A stretch of DNA of 63,830 nucleotides, counting the filler, from Hyphochytrium catenoides (lineage: Eukaryota > Protista > Hyphochytriomycota), in assembly GCA_900088475.1 (NCBI GenBank). It is 6 parts of 6 records of this genome, joined end to end, with 100 filler letters (N's around TTAATTAATTAA, not from the genome) between each part and the next. Parts side by side here need not be neighbours in the genome. Positions count along the whole stretch, not along the records: positions 23,794 to 46,084 come from FLMG01004168.1; positions 46,185 to 58,224 come from FLMG01000813.1; 4 more parts are not named here. The stretch is one strand, 5' to 3'. Positions 37,243 through 50,192 of the stretch are shown piece after piece. The position numbers and the translations under genes were made by a program. The notes beneath the pieces are model-generated. The model worked only from the letters and a program-made list of their open reading frames with translations, made no database searches and was not told the origin of the DNA. Each line of letters starts with the position of its first letter. Position 1 is the stretch's first letter.

Positions 37243-40181
37243 ATGGACCTAGAGGCAGATATAGAAAGGCAACGCTTTCTAGCATACAAAGCTGCGAAAG
37301 AGCAATTTGTGTCAAACTTACATGGAACTACGAAGACTGAGATCGCCGTTGTGCTCGCCGTAATCCCGGTTAGTCTTAGTAATTGCCCTAGCGTTAGCCT
37401 GGACTTATGACCTTGGGCCGCCTGGCCTGATGCACAATTGTGGCACCTTACCGGCTTCTTCTCTGACTTCTGGTGTCTCGTAGGTCTCTATATGGCTCTT
37501 CCATGAGCTCTCTGCGGCTGTTGAAGCAGCTGGGGTGCTTAGCCTTCCAGGACTCAGGGGAAGGCTGGTATCCACATCCTTCATCAAAAGGGCTTTAGAA
37601 GTGTGCACTAAAGTGTTTCCGCTTCTTCTGCTCTTCATCTGCGACCAGGGATCGCTAATGCGCTTCGTGCTGGAGTTTACCCTTATCCCGACGGCCTTCC
37701 TTCTTGCATGCACCGCACCAGCCCTCGCCCCCTATCTCCTTATCTTTCAGGCTGCCCTGGCCTCTTCTTGCCACCTTGTGACGAGCTCCCCAGACACTGC
37801 TGGCGCTAGCAAACTGGAGGAGGAGCGGGAGAGGGCGCGCACAAAGTCATTCAGCGACTGGAGGCTCCGTTCTATCACTTATTTAAGAGGAGGCATGATG
37901 ATGGCAACGTACGTCCTGCCCTGAACTCTTGTCGCCGCAAGGAGGGTCATCGTTGTGCTCATACGTTTTAGATGCTGTGCTATCCTGGCGGTAGATTTTA
38001 CGATCTTCCCTCGTCGATTTGCTAAAGCGGAGAGCTATGGAACTGGCTTGGTAAGGGTTTGGAATAGATAGGGTTATATGGTACTGGTTAACCAATACCA
38101 CTCTTTCCTTTGCTGTCGCTTAGATGGACCTTGGAGTTGGTGCTGTCATGGTTACCGGTGGGGTTAGCTCTAGGATGACGAGGCGTAGCACGAGATCAGA
38201 CAGGTAAGAAGTGCCATGGTAGCTCTCCCACCAAACCGGGCGATGTGCTGAGTGTTACTTCTAGGAGAGCAGACTGGAAAGGCCTAACTCTCTCTCAGAT
38301 TCCGGTCCTGCTGCTTGGCTTTATTCGCTTTGCTACCACGCGAGGTCTCGAGTACCAAGTAGGGGAAGCAATTCTTACTCCATCTCATGTCCGCCGCCCA
38401 CCACCTTCGAGTTGTTCTCTTTACGTAGCTTGTCCTTTCCTTTATCTTCCATCCTCATCTCCTGTTGACCCTCCGCCGGCAATGGCTTAAAAAGTACAAC
38501 GGTTGACAGAGGATCTTAGCAATAATCGCACAAGAAAGTGCCTGCTCTCTCTCTTCCGACTTCTCCTGAAAGTCCTCTCTACCCTTCAAATCTCTTTCTT
38601 CAAAAATCCCTATGTGTCTCTGGTCCTCGATCTTCTGATTCCCTCGAACTTGTGGCTGATCTGCCGTCGTGCCCACTTTCTGCAAATTCCTGTAGCACCA
38701 CGTAGAAGAGTATGGGGTCCATTGGAACTTCTTCTTCACTCTAGCCGCTGTGAGCGTCACTTTCGCATTCCTCCAGTCCTTGTCTCCATCCTTGGTGAGG
38801 ATGCCAGCCGCAATCGTTGTTATGATGGGCAAGTAGACGCCTTGCTTACATCCATACCCTAGGTTCCCTCCTTCTCTTATTGGCCCCCTTAGCACGCCAT
38901 TTCTTTCGGCTGGTTCTTTCTTGCTTTCTCTCTTGCTTGAGGTCTCTAATGTTCAGATCATGGTCATCCTCTCAACCTCATCCTCCTTCACAGCTAAGCT
39001 GAGCTTTTCTCTTGGCCGCAGCATATCAGCTATGCCTGACAATGTTGGACGTGGAACCTTGCCTTTTGAGCCTTTCGAGGACGAATCTCGTCACTCAGAA
39101 CTGGGAAGGGCTTGTCCAAATTCTAGGTACTATACGTTCAAGTGACCGCGAATACTTAGGCCAATGACTGTTCCTTTCTTTGCTCCACTTTCAGTGCTCT
39201 TGGTCGTCTGTACCGGTAGGGTGTCAGCGTCTCTTTCTCATCTTATTTCCGTGATTAGGGTTCCTTACTATGTACATAGTGGCGGCTAATGCTTCAACGT
39301 GGCTCTACGAGACCCGAGAGTCCCAGGCACACCGTGTGCCCCGGTTGCTTTACCGTCTCCTGGCACTAAGTGCTGGCTGCTGGGCAGCGACAAGTGCATT
39401 GGAATATTTTGGAATCCGACCCTCACGTCGCCTAGTATGTGGCGGCTAAAGTGGTCCCTTTCTCGTCAGCATCTGACGTCATCCCATCTTCCCTCCACTC
39501 TCTCCTTTCAAGCAGGGAAATCTCCCCTTTGTCACCTGGACACTGGCCCAAGTCTTCTCACTTCTTCTCCTCCTCGTTCTGATTGAGGTTTTCGGGTAAG
39601 CAGTGCACCCATCAGACGCTCCTGTCCCTTGTGCGTCTCTTCTAAGCTCTCCCACGCTCATGGCTCTCCATATTATCAGCTCTTGGTCTGTAAGAGTCTC
39701 TTCCTTCTCAAGTTTCGTTTCCCTGACTTCACAGCGTTTCTCATCAGGTCCTTTCCTAAGAAGCCTTGCCAGATCTTAGCTGGGATCAGTCGTAACCAGC
39801 TTCCAATTTTTCTGCTGGTAATGTACCTCTGTTCTCAACTCTGTTCTGACGGGCCAAAGCTCTTATCAAACCTGGCCTCTCATCTTCTAAATGCCACTGT
39901 CTTTCGTGCGCAATGCTGTTGCTCTTCTCGTCGTCCTTCAGAAGTGTACCTCTCAGGGTCCCTAGTTTGGTCAGTCTTCTCTTAGCGGTCCGACATGCAC
40001 ATCATTCCCCTACTCACAGGATCCTTCATAGGCCAACCTCTGTACAGGACTGGTCAATATCTCCTTACAAACCATATACGCCTCTCCTAGTATTGCCTAT
40101 CTAGTGATGCTCTCGTACATGGCCCTTCTCTCTCTTGTCGCTTACATCTTCGAAAGACTAGAAGTAAATATGCGATTCTGA
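37243..40181 (+). CDS. PIGW: GPI inositol acyltransferase PIG-W/GWT1 (multi-exon)
   Basis: [77 protein letters not shown]. Stop at 40179-40181. Confidence 0.92.
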
Positions 40182-40459
40182 AGTAGCGATACGATGGTAG
40201 CTGGGTCAGGAGAACCTAATTTCTGCTAAACTGTACATTCTATCCACCTCCTGTTGCAGCCTTCAACATCTTTAGAAGGGGCTGTAGCCTCACATCTCCC
40301 CATCTTTAGCCTTTCAGTCAAAGAAAAAGTGTTCGTCTCGTAGCCCGTAAGTGTAACCAGCCTTTCGTAGTACGGCTAACACGCCTAAGCTAAAGCGGGA
40401 CCAATGCGAGTTCCCGGAGTGAGATGATGCATAGCTAGGGTCCCGGCCGATAGCGGTTC

Positions 40460-42881
40460 CTAAGGCATAGCGCGGATCTCTATGTCCACGTCATTCCAGT
40501 CATCATTATCTAGTCCATCTGAATCCACTGACTCCCGAGTAATATGACCCATTGGTATCTGGATGGGCAGGGAAGTGGCATAGATATGGTGTGAAGGCGG
40601 AGGTGGGACCATAAAGCGGGAAGGGCGAGGAGCCAGAGGATCCTGAACCTCGTTAGTTTCCTGCAGCAGAAGATTGGATGTGCATAAGCGCCATGCTAAG
40701 CTGCGACTTCCCACGCTCTGTTGCCCCATCTCCTTACGTTCAGTTCCTCCCTTTTAATCTCTCTGCTGTTAAACTTCGCTATGCAACTTAGTTATATTAG
40801 GGAATGGGCCATATTCTTCTGGTCTCTTTCTCGTCCGGGTGATCGGCTATACCTCTTCCTAACATCCCACCCAATGACCGCAGGTTGGCTTGACATACCT
40901 CGTCTGTCGGTGCTTCGTCACCCGACTCCTCAGCTTCTTCTCTGTTGGGTCCATCATCTTCCAGTAGATCCTCCATATCCCCTGAGTCTGTCTCAAACGA
41001 GAACATAGCCATCTGTAGTGCACTCCTTCTCCTTGACATGCTATCTTTCATCAACCCCGTCACTGGAAGAGATGAAGCAACTCCTTGCCTTCTACGTTCT
41101 GCCGGTCACAACATGAAAGGCTAATCAGATCACAGGTTGTAAGGAATACTACACGGTCCAGGATAGGTGAAAGGCTAGGATGGCAAGTCGGTTCACCTGA
41201 TAAGTCCTTGGCCGCCACCGATGTCCTCTTGGCTGCAGAAGGTGGGATGGGCACTGGCAACGGACCCAAGGCAGGCGATACATTCCGCGGAAGGGCCAGA
41301 GTACTTATTGGGGAGAGTGAGCTCTCTGCATGGAGACCTATCTCCGTATTCACGATTGCAAGCGAGCGAAAGCAGAACCGAGAGCGAAGGAAAGGTATCA
41401 GATCAAGCATAAAACAAAGCCCTTGGCTGCAACCAAGACTGAGATTACCTGGGGATCCCCCGTTTACTTCTTCCCCTTTGTGCTCTTCACTTCTAACGGC
41501 AACACTTTCCGGTGACTCCTTACAGGAATCATCTTTGTCCTAGAAGTCCAGGCTGAGATCTTCTAGGACGTAAAGCAATAGCAAGCAACTCCAGGGTAAA
41601 GAGGTGGGACACGAAGAGCGGCATGTAAATGACATGTTGAAAACATTGTGGTACGGAACTCAAGAGGTAGATGCCACACCTGTACATGGACGCAGTCATA
41701 TATCTTGGACCATAGCAAAGCTTTCTCCATCTCGGCTTTCTACCCACGTTAGAGTCATCGCGAACAGTAATAAAGATGGTAAAGGCAAGCAAAGCAAACG
41801 TGATAAGCGAATTGGAAGGAGGAGCAGACGGCGTTGGGGCCCTCACCTCTAGTACAGCTTGGAGGTCATCATATAGTTGTCTCTCGTATGCTTCCACTTT
41901 TACTTTGATACTGTCCAGCTCTGCCAACTGGTAGGCCTGCAGCTCCCTGTGGAGGTTTTCTAGAAGCAGTTCGTCCCTCTCCTCCTGTGGCAGCTTAGGA
42001 ACTAGTGCTTTGTCCGAGTCTGGCTGCACGCAAACACGAAAGACAGGAGAGAAGTCCTTTGCAGCCGCACGAGCGGTCTGTAGGTTCTCCACCTCCTGCA
42101 TTTGGAAGGAGATTATGGCATGCTAGACATGGAGAAGAGGAGCAATCAGACAGCGCAGGAGTAAAGGAGAAGAGGCAGCATGCATAGGGGGAGCTGTCCT
42201 CTAAGTACATGTCTGTTCTTCGGGCACCGTTCACCTATATCTCCCTCTTGCAGAGAAGTCGTGACGAAACCCTTAATACTAAGCACCAGCCTAGTCGCCT
42301 TTGACTATGCCAAACCACATTGTGCCAGTCAAATTCTCTCTCTCTGCTTGGCTTTATGGCTTTTACGGAGTTTGCTGACCGCAATGTCGCAATGCCCTAG
42401 TGGTACGTTAGTTACCTGTAGCAGATCCTCGTGCAGGGCGTAGCACTTAAGCTGGCAGTTAAAGCACTGATACACCTCCCAGCCAGTATTATTGCACTGC
42501 ATCTGAGGAGTAGTTAGGGTCACACATATTTAACGGGGTACCCGGTAGGAGGAAGAGACGTAGACCATCGACGACGGCCGGGGAAAATTCAAGAAACGAG
42601 AGGTGTGCAAAGCAGAAGAACATGTGGAGACGCGACATCTTGGGTGCTTTCTTCACCTTCAGCAGCTCCGGCCTTGCAACCGTGACTCCTGATCCTATGA
42701 AGCAGAGAGCAGGGTCCTCTAGTAGCTCGCCTGCCACTCTCTCAACGGCTTCTGCCGTCAAGCCGTTCTGGAGGTCAGCCCTTGAGAGCCAGGTGGCCGT
42801 ACGAGTCCCTTCCTCTGGCGCAAGTGCCATCACCTTGAACGAGTCCACTGCCACATTATAGCATCTGCATGCAAACACCAT
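40460..42881 (-). CDS. Multi-exon protein with N-terminal CxC...CxxC, coiled coil and C-terminal YATSLPIQIP; possible PRAS40/Lobe-like protein
   Basis: ORF pieces MVFACRCYNVAV, WEVYQCFNCQLKCYA, FSPVFRV, helical LQAYQLAELDSIKVKVEAYERQ, acidic MFSFETDSGDMEDLLEDD, and HIYATSLPIQIPM. Exon boundaries not fully resolved. Confidence 0.6.
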
Positions 42882-43866
42882 TATTCGGCGCGATGTCGTT
42901 GGGCTTGGTTATATGTTTCCCCTATAGTTTGTTGCTCATTGTTCCCTCGCAGGTTATCTTGCCTCTAGGAGGAGCAGCTACAGGTGTGGGACTCCCATCG
43001 TCCAGTGCCAAGGCGCTGTGAACGGTGTGTCATCCTCGTAGACCTTACTCTAGCGAGTGAAGAAGGCTGCGTAGGCCTTCTCTAACTCTCTCGTCAACAG
43101 TACGGCTGGGGAGGAGTAGCTAGAAGCCTCTTGCTTCTTCCTTTGCCCGTCGACGATACTAGGCGGGATGTGGAACGGGAACGAAGATGCACAGACAGGA
43201 ATAGAGTACCGAGGCAGTAGCCTATCCGTCCTATGCAGATTGCAAGCAGAGCTGAGAACCTAGAGACCAGAGCAAGAGGACAACGCCTAGCTGGCTGACG
43301 GCATGCTCATGATGAGGACTGGGTGAAGGCCTACGGACTCACATACTGCTGCAAGAGAGGAGACAATCTTCAAGGTCAACTCATCACAAGTGAGCAGGGA
43401 TCAAGGAGTGAAGCCGCTAACGTCTGTATCGAGGGCTGGTTCTGATAGGTTTGATGATTGATGATGCGCTGGAGATGAGCTCAGAGATGAGCTCAGACAT
43501 CGGTGATGGGAGCTCCCCAGCCTTCGGTGCGCAGCTGCTGCGCTCGAGATGACTCTTGGGGTTAGCTCACCCTCTGCCAGATCATTCCTAATCGTCAAAT
43601 TCTGGTCAAGAACTGCTCCCCAGCTCCTGGTAGATGCTCAGTCTGTTCGCGCTACTGCCACCTCACGAAGTCCTTGTACTGCGCCGCTCCTTGGCCAGCA
43701 CTTGTCACAGTGGTGAAGGTAGTAGGGTTGTCGACATCTGAGAAGGCGGGCTGTTGGCCATTCACCACCTCCGCCAGGCCCAAAGCTCTAGTTTGCCGAT
43801 CGCAAATATGGCGATAGCCTGTCAATGCGGCTTTAGGAGGTTGTTGGGCTGAGAAAGTCCGACAAC

Positions 43867-45027
43867 ATGGATGGAGACGACGAAGCATCTGTCGCTTTGT
43901 CTAGCGGTGAGGCGAGCACTAGCAACCGCACTCTGCTAAATCTGGGCCTGACAGTCTTACGCAATGATGTGGATAAAGTAGCTCAAAAGAAGCAAAGCCA
44001 CATCCTGATCGTAGGAGATGGAGATCTCTCTTATTCGGTCGCCCTATGCAGAAGCCTGCAGCTTCCAAAGCCCGACGTCAATCTCATAGCCACTACCTAT
44101 GACAGTGAAGAGGAGCTCCGCCAGCGCTATATCAGCAGTCCAGCTGCTATTCGATCACTAAGGGAGCAGTATGGGGCCACAGTGATGACAAAGGTGGATG
44201 CCACGCAGCTTAACCTCTCCTTCTCTCCAGGAGCTGTAGCTTTTGATCGGATTGTCTTCAACTATCCGTACTATCCGCCCACCAAGGGAAACAGAAATAA
44301 GATCCACAAGCACAGGCAGCTGCTTGCCAACTTTTTCAGCAGTGCAGAGACCTTTCTTGCTTCCGGAGGTGAGATCTGGGTCACGCTTGCTCCCGGCCAG
44401 GGTGGGACCCCAGCAGAACTAGAGAGTGAACGACGTGAGACTCATAATCACTGGCAGATACTCGAGAACGCAGCTCTGGCCTCTCTCGTTTTAGTGGACG
44501 TCCACCATCCTCCCATCTACGCTCTCTCAGAGTTAGGTTACTATTGCACGGGCTTCAGACTCCGGCAGAAGGGCTTTCGTGTGAACGGGAGTTTGACTCA
44601 CGTCTTCTGCCGACAAGAGGAAACCCGCGGACGGCCTTCTTTGTATGCGCTAGTCTGGCAGCGAGACTGCTGCTTCATGGTGGATGACAGTTTTCATGAA
44701 GATTCGTTCATCCAACGGGTGCGACGCCTTTGTGGTCCTAACATTATGGTCTCATGGTCGCCCTTGAGCTCTTACGTGGATCCGCGCTCGGGCGTGCGAA
44801 CGTTGGGCTACCACTTCACTTTTCGATCCTCTAACATTGCGCTCTGCAGAATCCTGGCCAATTTTCTGGCAGATACGATCGCTTCGGCAGAGACAGATCG
44901 CTTCCTCAAAGCCAACAAAGAACTTGCAGAGTTATGGGACATTCGCCCTCCAAAGATAAACAGCATTCCAAGCGAGAAGAAATTGCAGCTTTTGAAGGAA
45001 ATCCTGCCTCCTGACACCGGTGACTAG
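43867..45027 (+). CDS. FDXACB1: BMT5/DUF2431 methyltransferase-like domain plus ferredoxin-fold anticodon-binding domain (FDXACB1-like)
   Basis: ILIVGDGDLSYSVAL, ATTYDS, VDATQL, FDRIVFNYP, GQGGTPAE...HWQI. C-terminal PSLYALVWQRDCCF...YVDPRSGVRTLGYHFTFRS resembles FDX-ACB. Confidence 0.8.
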   Translation: MDGDDEASVALSSGEASTSNRTLLNLGLTVLRNDVDKVAQKKQSHILIVGDGDLSYSVALCRSLQLPKPDVNLIATTYDSEEELRQRYISSPAAIRSLREQYGATVMTKVDATQLNLSFSPGAVAFDRIVFNYPYYPPTKGNRNKIHKHRQLLANFFSSAETFLASGGEIWVTLAPGQGGTPAELESERRETHNHWQILENAALASLVLVDVHHPPIYALSELGYYCTGFRLRQKGFRVNGSLTHVFCRQEETRGRPSLYALVWQRDCCFMVDDSFHEDSFIQRVRRLCGPNIMVSWSPLSSYVDPRSGVRTLGYHFTFRSSNIALCRILANFLADTIASAETDRFLKANKELAELWDIRPPKINSIPSEKKLQLLKEILPPDTGD

Positions 45028-45416
45028 AAGCTCCAAACCGCAATGACTAGAGCTCCGAGAAGACCGGATGAGAGAAGTCTCTTCTCCCTTTTTGGTCAAC
45101 ATTTCAAGCCAGTTCCCTATTGAGCTGAACGGGTTGTGCCGTGGTTTGATCAGGGGCAGATGGCTTTTACGCTGACACCATGACAGATGGTCGGACTTGT
45201 CACGGATGATTTATACATATTGGTAATGTTTAGTAAGGAAAACTAGGCTACATTGTTGAAAGACTAGTCTACAGCAGGGTTGCGATGTGTGTGTCCTTCC
45301 CCAGATACAAGGTTGACACAAGGAAGAGCTCAATATCAACTGTGTCTTCCGCGCTCACCCTGGCCATTGCCGTTAGGCGCTGTTGCATATTTAACATAGG
45401 TTGTAACTCCATAGAG

Positions 45417-45632
45417 CTATGCGTTGTTATCCGTGCTTGAATCATTCTGTCGACCAAAGATTGCTGGGATGGACTTGAACAGGCTTCCGAGAAGCTTCAA
45501 TTCTGGCAATGGAGTAGTGGCTAACCACTTATCTTGTCGCTCAAAGTAGTGAGCCTCTGCCTCTGCAAGCTTTTCCGAGATGGACGAACGACGCCTGGAG
45601 TACGTCTGCTTCTGTTGCTGATGATCAGCCAT
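45417..45632 (-). CDS. Possible small protein (71 aa), unknown function
   Basis: ATG-initiated, non-repetitive ORF MADHQQQKQTYSRRRSSISEKLAEAEAHYFERQDKWL...; no family recognised. Confidence 0.3.
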   Translation of the reverse strand: MADHQQQKQTYSRRRSSISEKLAEAEAHYFERQDKWLATTPLPELKLLGSLFKSIPAIFGRQNDSSTDNNA

Positions 45633-46084
45633 AGTTGCTCCGCTACTGCGCGTCAGTTGTCGCACACACTCAGTCGGCCAATGGTGGCGATGAACACTCG
45701 GTTCTGCTTCCAGCAAGCGTGCTTGTCCGTTGTCTCAGAGATGACCTTCAATGGAAACCTATTGGCGCTAGTCGTCACTCTTTGTGGCTGTGAAAGTGGC
45801 GAGTGAAGAGCGACAACGTCCGCTTTTTGGTCTCAGTGAGGAGGAGTTGAATCCAATCTGGAACTTTGTTAATCGGCACTTTGTGCTTCCTACTGCTCTT
45901 TTCTGAAGCTGAGTCGTATCTCATCTACTCTCTGTCTAGGCTGATCTTCATCTCTACCTTTTGACTCAATGCATAAACTATGGTTGAACGACTCTCCCTT
46001 GCGCTTTTTATCTCTCACTGAATGTCGCACTCGCATATTCTCAACCTGTTGGTCTTTCGATTCTGTTCGTTGCTCTTCCCATCG

Positions 46085-46184
46085 NNNNNNNNNNNNNNNN
46101 NNNNNNNNNNNNNNNNNNNNNNNNNNNNTTAATTAATTAANNNNNNNNNNNNNNNNNNNNNNNNNNNNNNNNNNNNNNNNNNNN
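46085..46184. other. Artificial scaffold linker
   Basis: N44-TTAATTAATTAA-N44. Confidence 0.97.
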
Positions 46185-46268
46185 CCTTCGGCTCCTTCTC
46201 GGCCATGCTCACGTGCTGAGGAGAATCTGCGACCAAAGAGACACGGAGGGGAAAGAGAGAGCAAGACA

Positions 46269-46306
<38 letters not shown>

Positions 46307-46432
46307 AAGAGACAGATAGTAAGAGAGAGAGGCAGAGACAGAGGAAAGAACCAAAACGAGGGAGAGAGAGAGAAAAGTTTAGAGAGATTGACATTATGAA
46401 GAGATGCTGAAGTACAGACAGGAAGAGAGAGG

Positions 46433-46471
<39 letters not shown>

Positions 46472-46868
46472 AGAGAGAATCCAAGAAGGCCTCATATTCT
46501 GAGGAAGATTTGCAACCAACCAAAGAGAGACGGAGGGGAGGGAGAGAGAAAGACAGAGAGAGAGACACACAAAGAGTGAGAGAGGGGAAAGAGTGAGAGA
46601 CAAAGAGAGAGAGACAGAGACAGAGACGAAAAAAAGAATGAGAGAGAGAAGAGAGAGCGAGAGCGAGAGAGAGAAGAGGCAAAAGGGGAGAGAAAGAGAA
46701 TGAAGAGAGAGAGCGTGGAGGGTTCCAGGTACCATAATAGCAGAGCTCTCTGTTGCCTGCCCCAGCTTTGAGCACGAAGAATCGTCTCTTCCATCGCTTA
46801 TTGAACTTCGTCGCCTTCTTCAGCCACCCGCTCCAGCTCACTGAACCCTTGCTCAAGCGATGGTCCAT
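46185..46868 (-). CDS. 5' part of a PH-domain protein gene (truncated by scaffold end)
   Basis: First exon MDHRLSKGSVSWSGWLKKATKFNKRWKRRFFVL...LCYY matches PH strands beta1-3. Followed by a GT donor and a CT-rich intron. Confidence 0.7.
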
Positions 46869-46885
46869 CCTTAGTCCCTCCTCCG

Positions 46886-46935
<50 letters not shown>

Positions 46936-47381
46936 TCTGCTGCTCTTTGTCTAGTATTTTAAAGAGCTTGTTCTTCCTATCTTTTGCAGGCTCTCCCGCC
47001 TTATCAGGTCTTCTTAATCCTATAGCCGAGCATGTCGTCTCATCCAGCCTCTGTCGGACATCTCTCTCTCTTTCTCTGTCTCCGCCTTGCTCTTTCTCTC
47101 TCTCTTCTTCGACTCCTCCTCGTTCCTCAGGCACTATCGTGGAACAGGAAGAAAGAAGGCAGCAAGACAAGCAGAGAGCTGCTTCCAAGGAGAGATGAGA
47201 GAGAGAAGAGGAGAGAGAAAGACGAAGCGAAGGAGCAACGGACGAGGAGGAGATGAGGGCTGTTTGCCTTGATGTTGAAGATGGTGACGGTGTCAAGAGA
47301 AGGGATGATCAGAATCCAAATTGTAAGTCCGGATCCAAGGGAGGAGACAGAGAGCAAGACAGAGAGAGATAAGAGGAAGAT

Positions 47382-47433
<52 letters not shown>

Positions 47434-47680
47434 AGAGAAGAGGAAAGAGTCTGTGGCAGACCAAGACACAGGTAGGAGAGATAGAAAGGCGGAGCTAAAG
47501 GCTGATAAAGCCAGAAGAAAGAGTGCGAGACAGAGACCTTCCTTTAGAGAGAGACAGAGTAAAGACAAAGAGGAAGATACTTCCTTTTGATTAATCAAGA
47601 GCAGAATCTAAGATCTGATTCTTTGTGACAGCCCTCGTGATTCTGACCGTTTCATACGGCTTCGTCGGATGAGAGAGGCA

Positions 47681-47723
<43 letters not shown>

Positions 47724-47768
47724 AGAAAGAGAGTGAGAGAGAGTGAGAGAGAGAAAGAGAGTGTGTGA

Positions 47769-47808
<40 letters not shown>

Positions 47809-47859
47809 AGAAAGAGAGTGAGAGAGAGTGAGAGAGAGAAAGAGAGTGTGTGAGAGTGA

Positions 47860-47899
<40 letters not shown>

Positions 47900-48540
47900 G
47901 GAAGTGGCTGAGTGAGAGAGAAAGAGAGAGGAGAAAGAGAGAGAGATGAGGGAGAGAACATTTGAAGAGAAAGGCAGCAGAGTTCAACATCAGTAAGCCG
48001 ATGCGTGCCAACGATGCGGACAAACACTGACCGAGAGACAAAGGAGAGAGACAGTCTAAGAGAAAGGAGAGAGAGAGACAGAGAGTAAATAATGGTGACA
48101 AAGAAAGGAAAGAGGCAGAAGAAAAAAAGTCGATGGCGTCATCTAAGAAGCAGAAAAGATGTGAGAAAGGCGCAAGGAGAGAGACCACAAGGAGGAGGAA
48201 TATCAAGAGAGAAGAAGGAAAGAAAGAGGAAGAAGAGGAGAGGGAGACTTGATGACAAGATGATGTTCCTTCTCTTCTTCGCTATTATAAAAGGAGAAGA
48301 GAGAGGCGTCCTGAAGAGTTCTCTCCTCCTACGTGGCGGACCGTCCTATTATTAGTGCTCGAAGCATTGTAGGGAGCCTACGTTTTATCTCTCTCTCTTC
48401 TTCTCTCCGATTTTCTCCGCGCTCTCACTTCTCTGCAGCACTCTTTCTCTCCTGATTCGTAATCCAGGTCTCTCTCTCTCTTTCTCGCTCTCTCTTTTGC
48501 TCTTTCTTCCCCTCTCTCTCGCCTAGTAAACGACTTAAGA

Positions 48541-50160
48541 ATGACGGTGCCCCCAGCAGCCTGCTCCTTAACCTCTCTCTCTCCTGCTGGCCAGCCGCGC
48601 TCGCCCTGTTCTTCTTCTCGTCCTTCTTCTTCTTCTTCGTCTCTCTCCTTCACTTTGTCCATCAAGAAAGAAGAAGAGAGACGTACCTGCTCCCCCCCTA
48701 CTCCAGAAAAGGAGAGAGTCGTCGGCTGCAGCAGCGGGAACAGCGAGAGCGAGGCCTCTCTCTCTCTCGCTCCCTCCTCCACAAGGAGAGAAGACGAGGT
48801 ACTTCATCATCAAAACGTCCAACAACTGGAGCAAGAGAGAGAAGAGAAGAGAGACAGAGCAACTATATTGACATCTCTCTCTCTTTCCTCTCCTCCTCTG
48901 TCTCCTCCTTCCACCGTTTTCGCTACGCCAAAAAAGCCTGGAAAGAGCCAAAGTCCGATTCCGCTCGAGAAGAAACACTTGTCTCTTTCTTCTTCTCTCT
49001 CTCTCTCTCCTCTCCTCACCTCTTCCATCTCTTCTTCCCCTCAAGACGGTAATAGAAGCCATGTCTCTCTTTCTGCTTCTCTCTCCCCTTCCCAAGAGAG
49101 AAGAGAAGTGGGAGTCGTTCCTCCTGATTCTAAGTCGTCTCCCTCTTCTTCTCTTTTCTCTTCTGCGAAACGTGTCTCTTTCTCTTCTTCATCTTCTCTT
49201 CTCTCTCCGCTAAAGAAGAAGGCTCAGAAAGAAGAGGAAGAGAGACATTCTCCTTCTCCTCCCCTTCGGCCGCTTGTTCTAGGAAAGCGCTCTCTCTCTC
49301 GCTATGGATACCGACGTCTTCTCTCATCTTCCCAGGTGTCTCTCTCCACAGCAGGAGACAATGACTCTCTCTCTTCTTCTTCCGTTTCCTCTTCTTCTCT
49401 CTCTCTCTCTCGTTCTTCTTCTTCTTCTTCTCCGCCACAATCTCCCAACAAAAAGAAAGAGAGAGAGACACATCTTCGCCGCTGGGACATCCGGCACCAT
49501 GACCTTCCTCCCTTCCCTGCTATCACTCCTGCGTCTCCTCTCTCTTCTCCTCCATCCTCTTCGTCCTCGTCTCTCTCTCTCTCTTCTCCTTCTTCTTCTT
49601 CTCCCGATCTTGTCTCTCTCTTCTCTTCCAAGAGAGAGAGAGGTGTCGAGGAAGGAGTGCGCACACGCGTTGTCTTCCAATATAATGACAGAGTTACGTT
49701 CTCGAGAGTGATCTCTGAAGATTCTCTCCAATTTGACTCGCATTTCGAGGGAGGAAACCTTCAGGCCGCACACAGAGTTTACGGAGAGACGCACGGGCTT
49801 TGGGATCAGGAGGTAAGAGAAGAGAGAGAGGAAGAGGGAGAGAGAAACTCTGCAGCAGGAAGAGACATCATAATATATATAGGGAAAGGAAGTGGGGAAC
49901 GCAGAGAGAGAGAGAGAGAGAGCATTGGGATGATCAATGTGCGGCGCAGCAGCCTTTATCATGATGTCGACTCATCCTTTTTGTCGCTTCTTTCTCTCAC
50001 TGTGTCTCTCTCTCTCTCTTTTATGTCTCTCTCTCTCTCTCTTATGCCTCTATCCCTCTCTTATGTCTCTTTCTCTCTCTCTCTTCTTATGTCTCTCTCT
50101 CTCTCTCTCTCTCTTATGTCTCTCTCTCTCTCTTTTATGCCCCCCGCTCTCTCACTTATG

Positions 50161-50192
<32 letters not shown>

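Noticed and set aside
43400-43860. MYND-like RCRQPYYLHHCDKCW read on the minus strand
   Set aside because: Incomplete ligand set, short frame, no start context.
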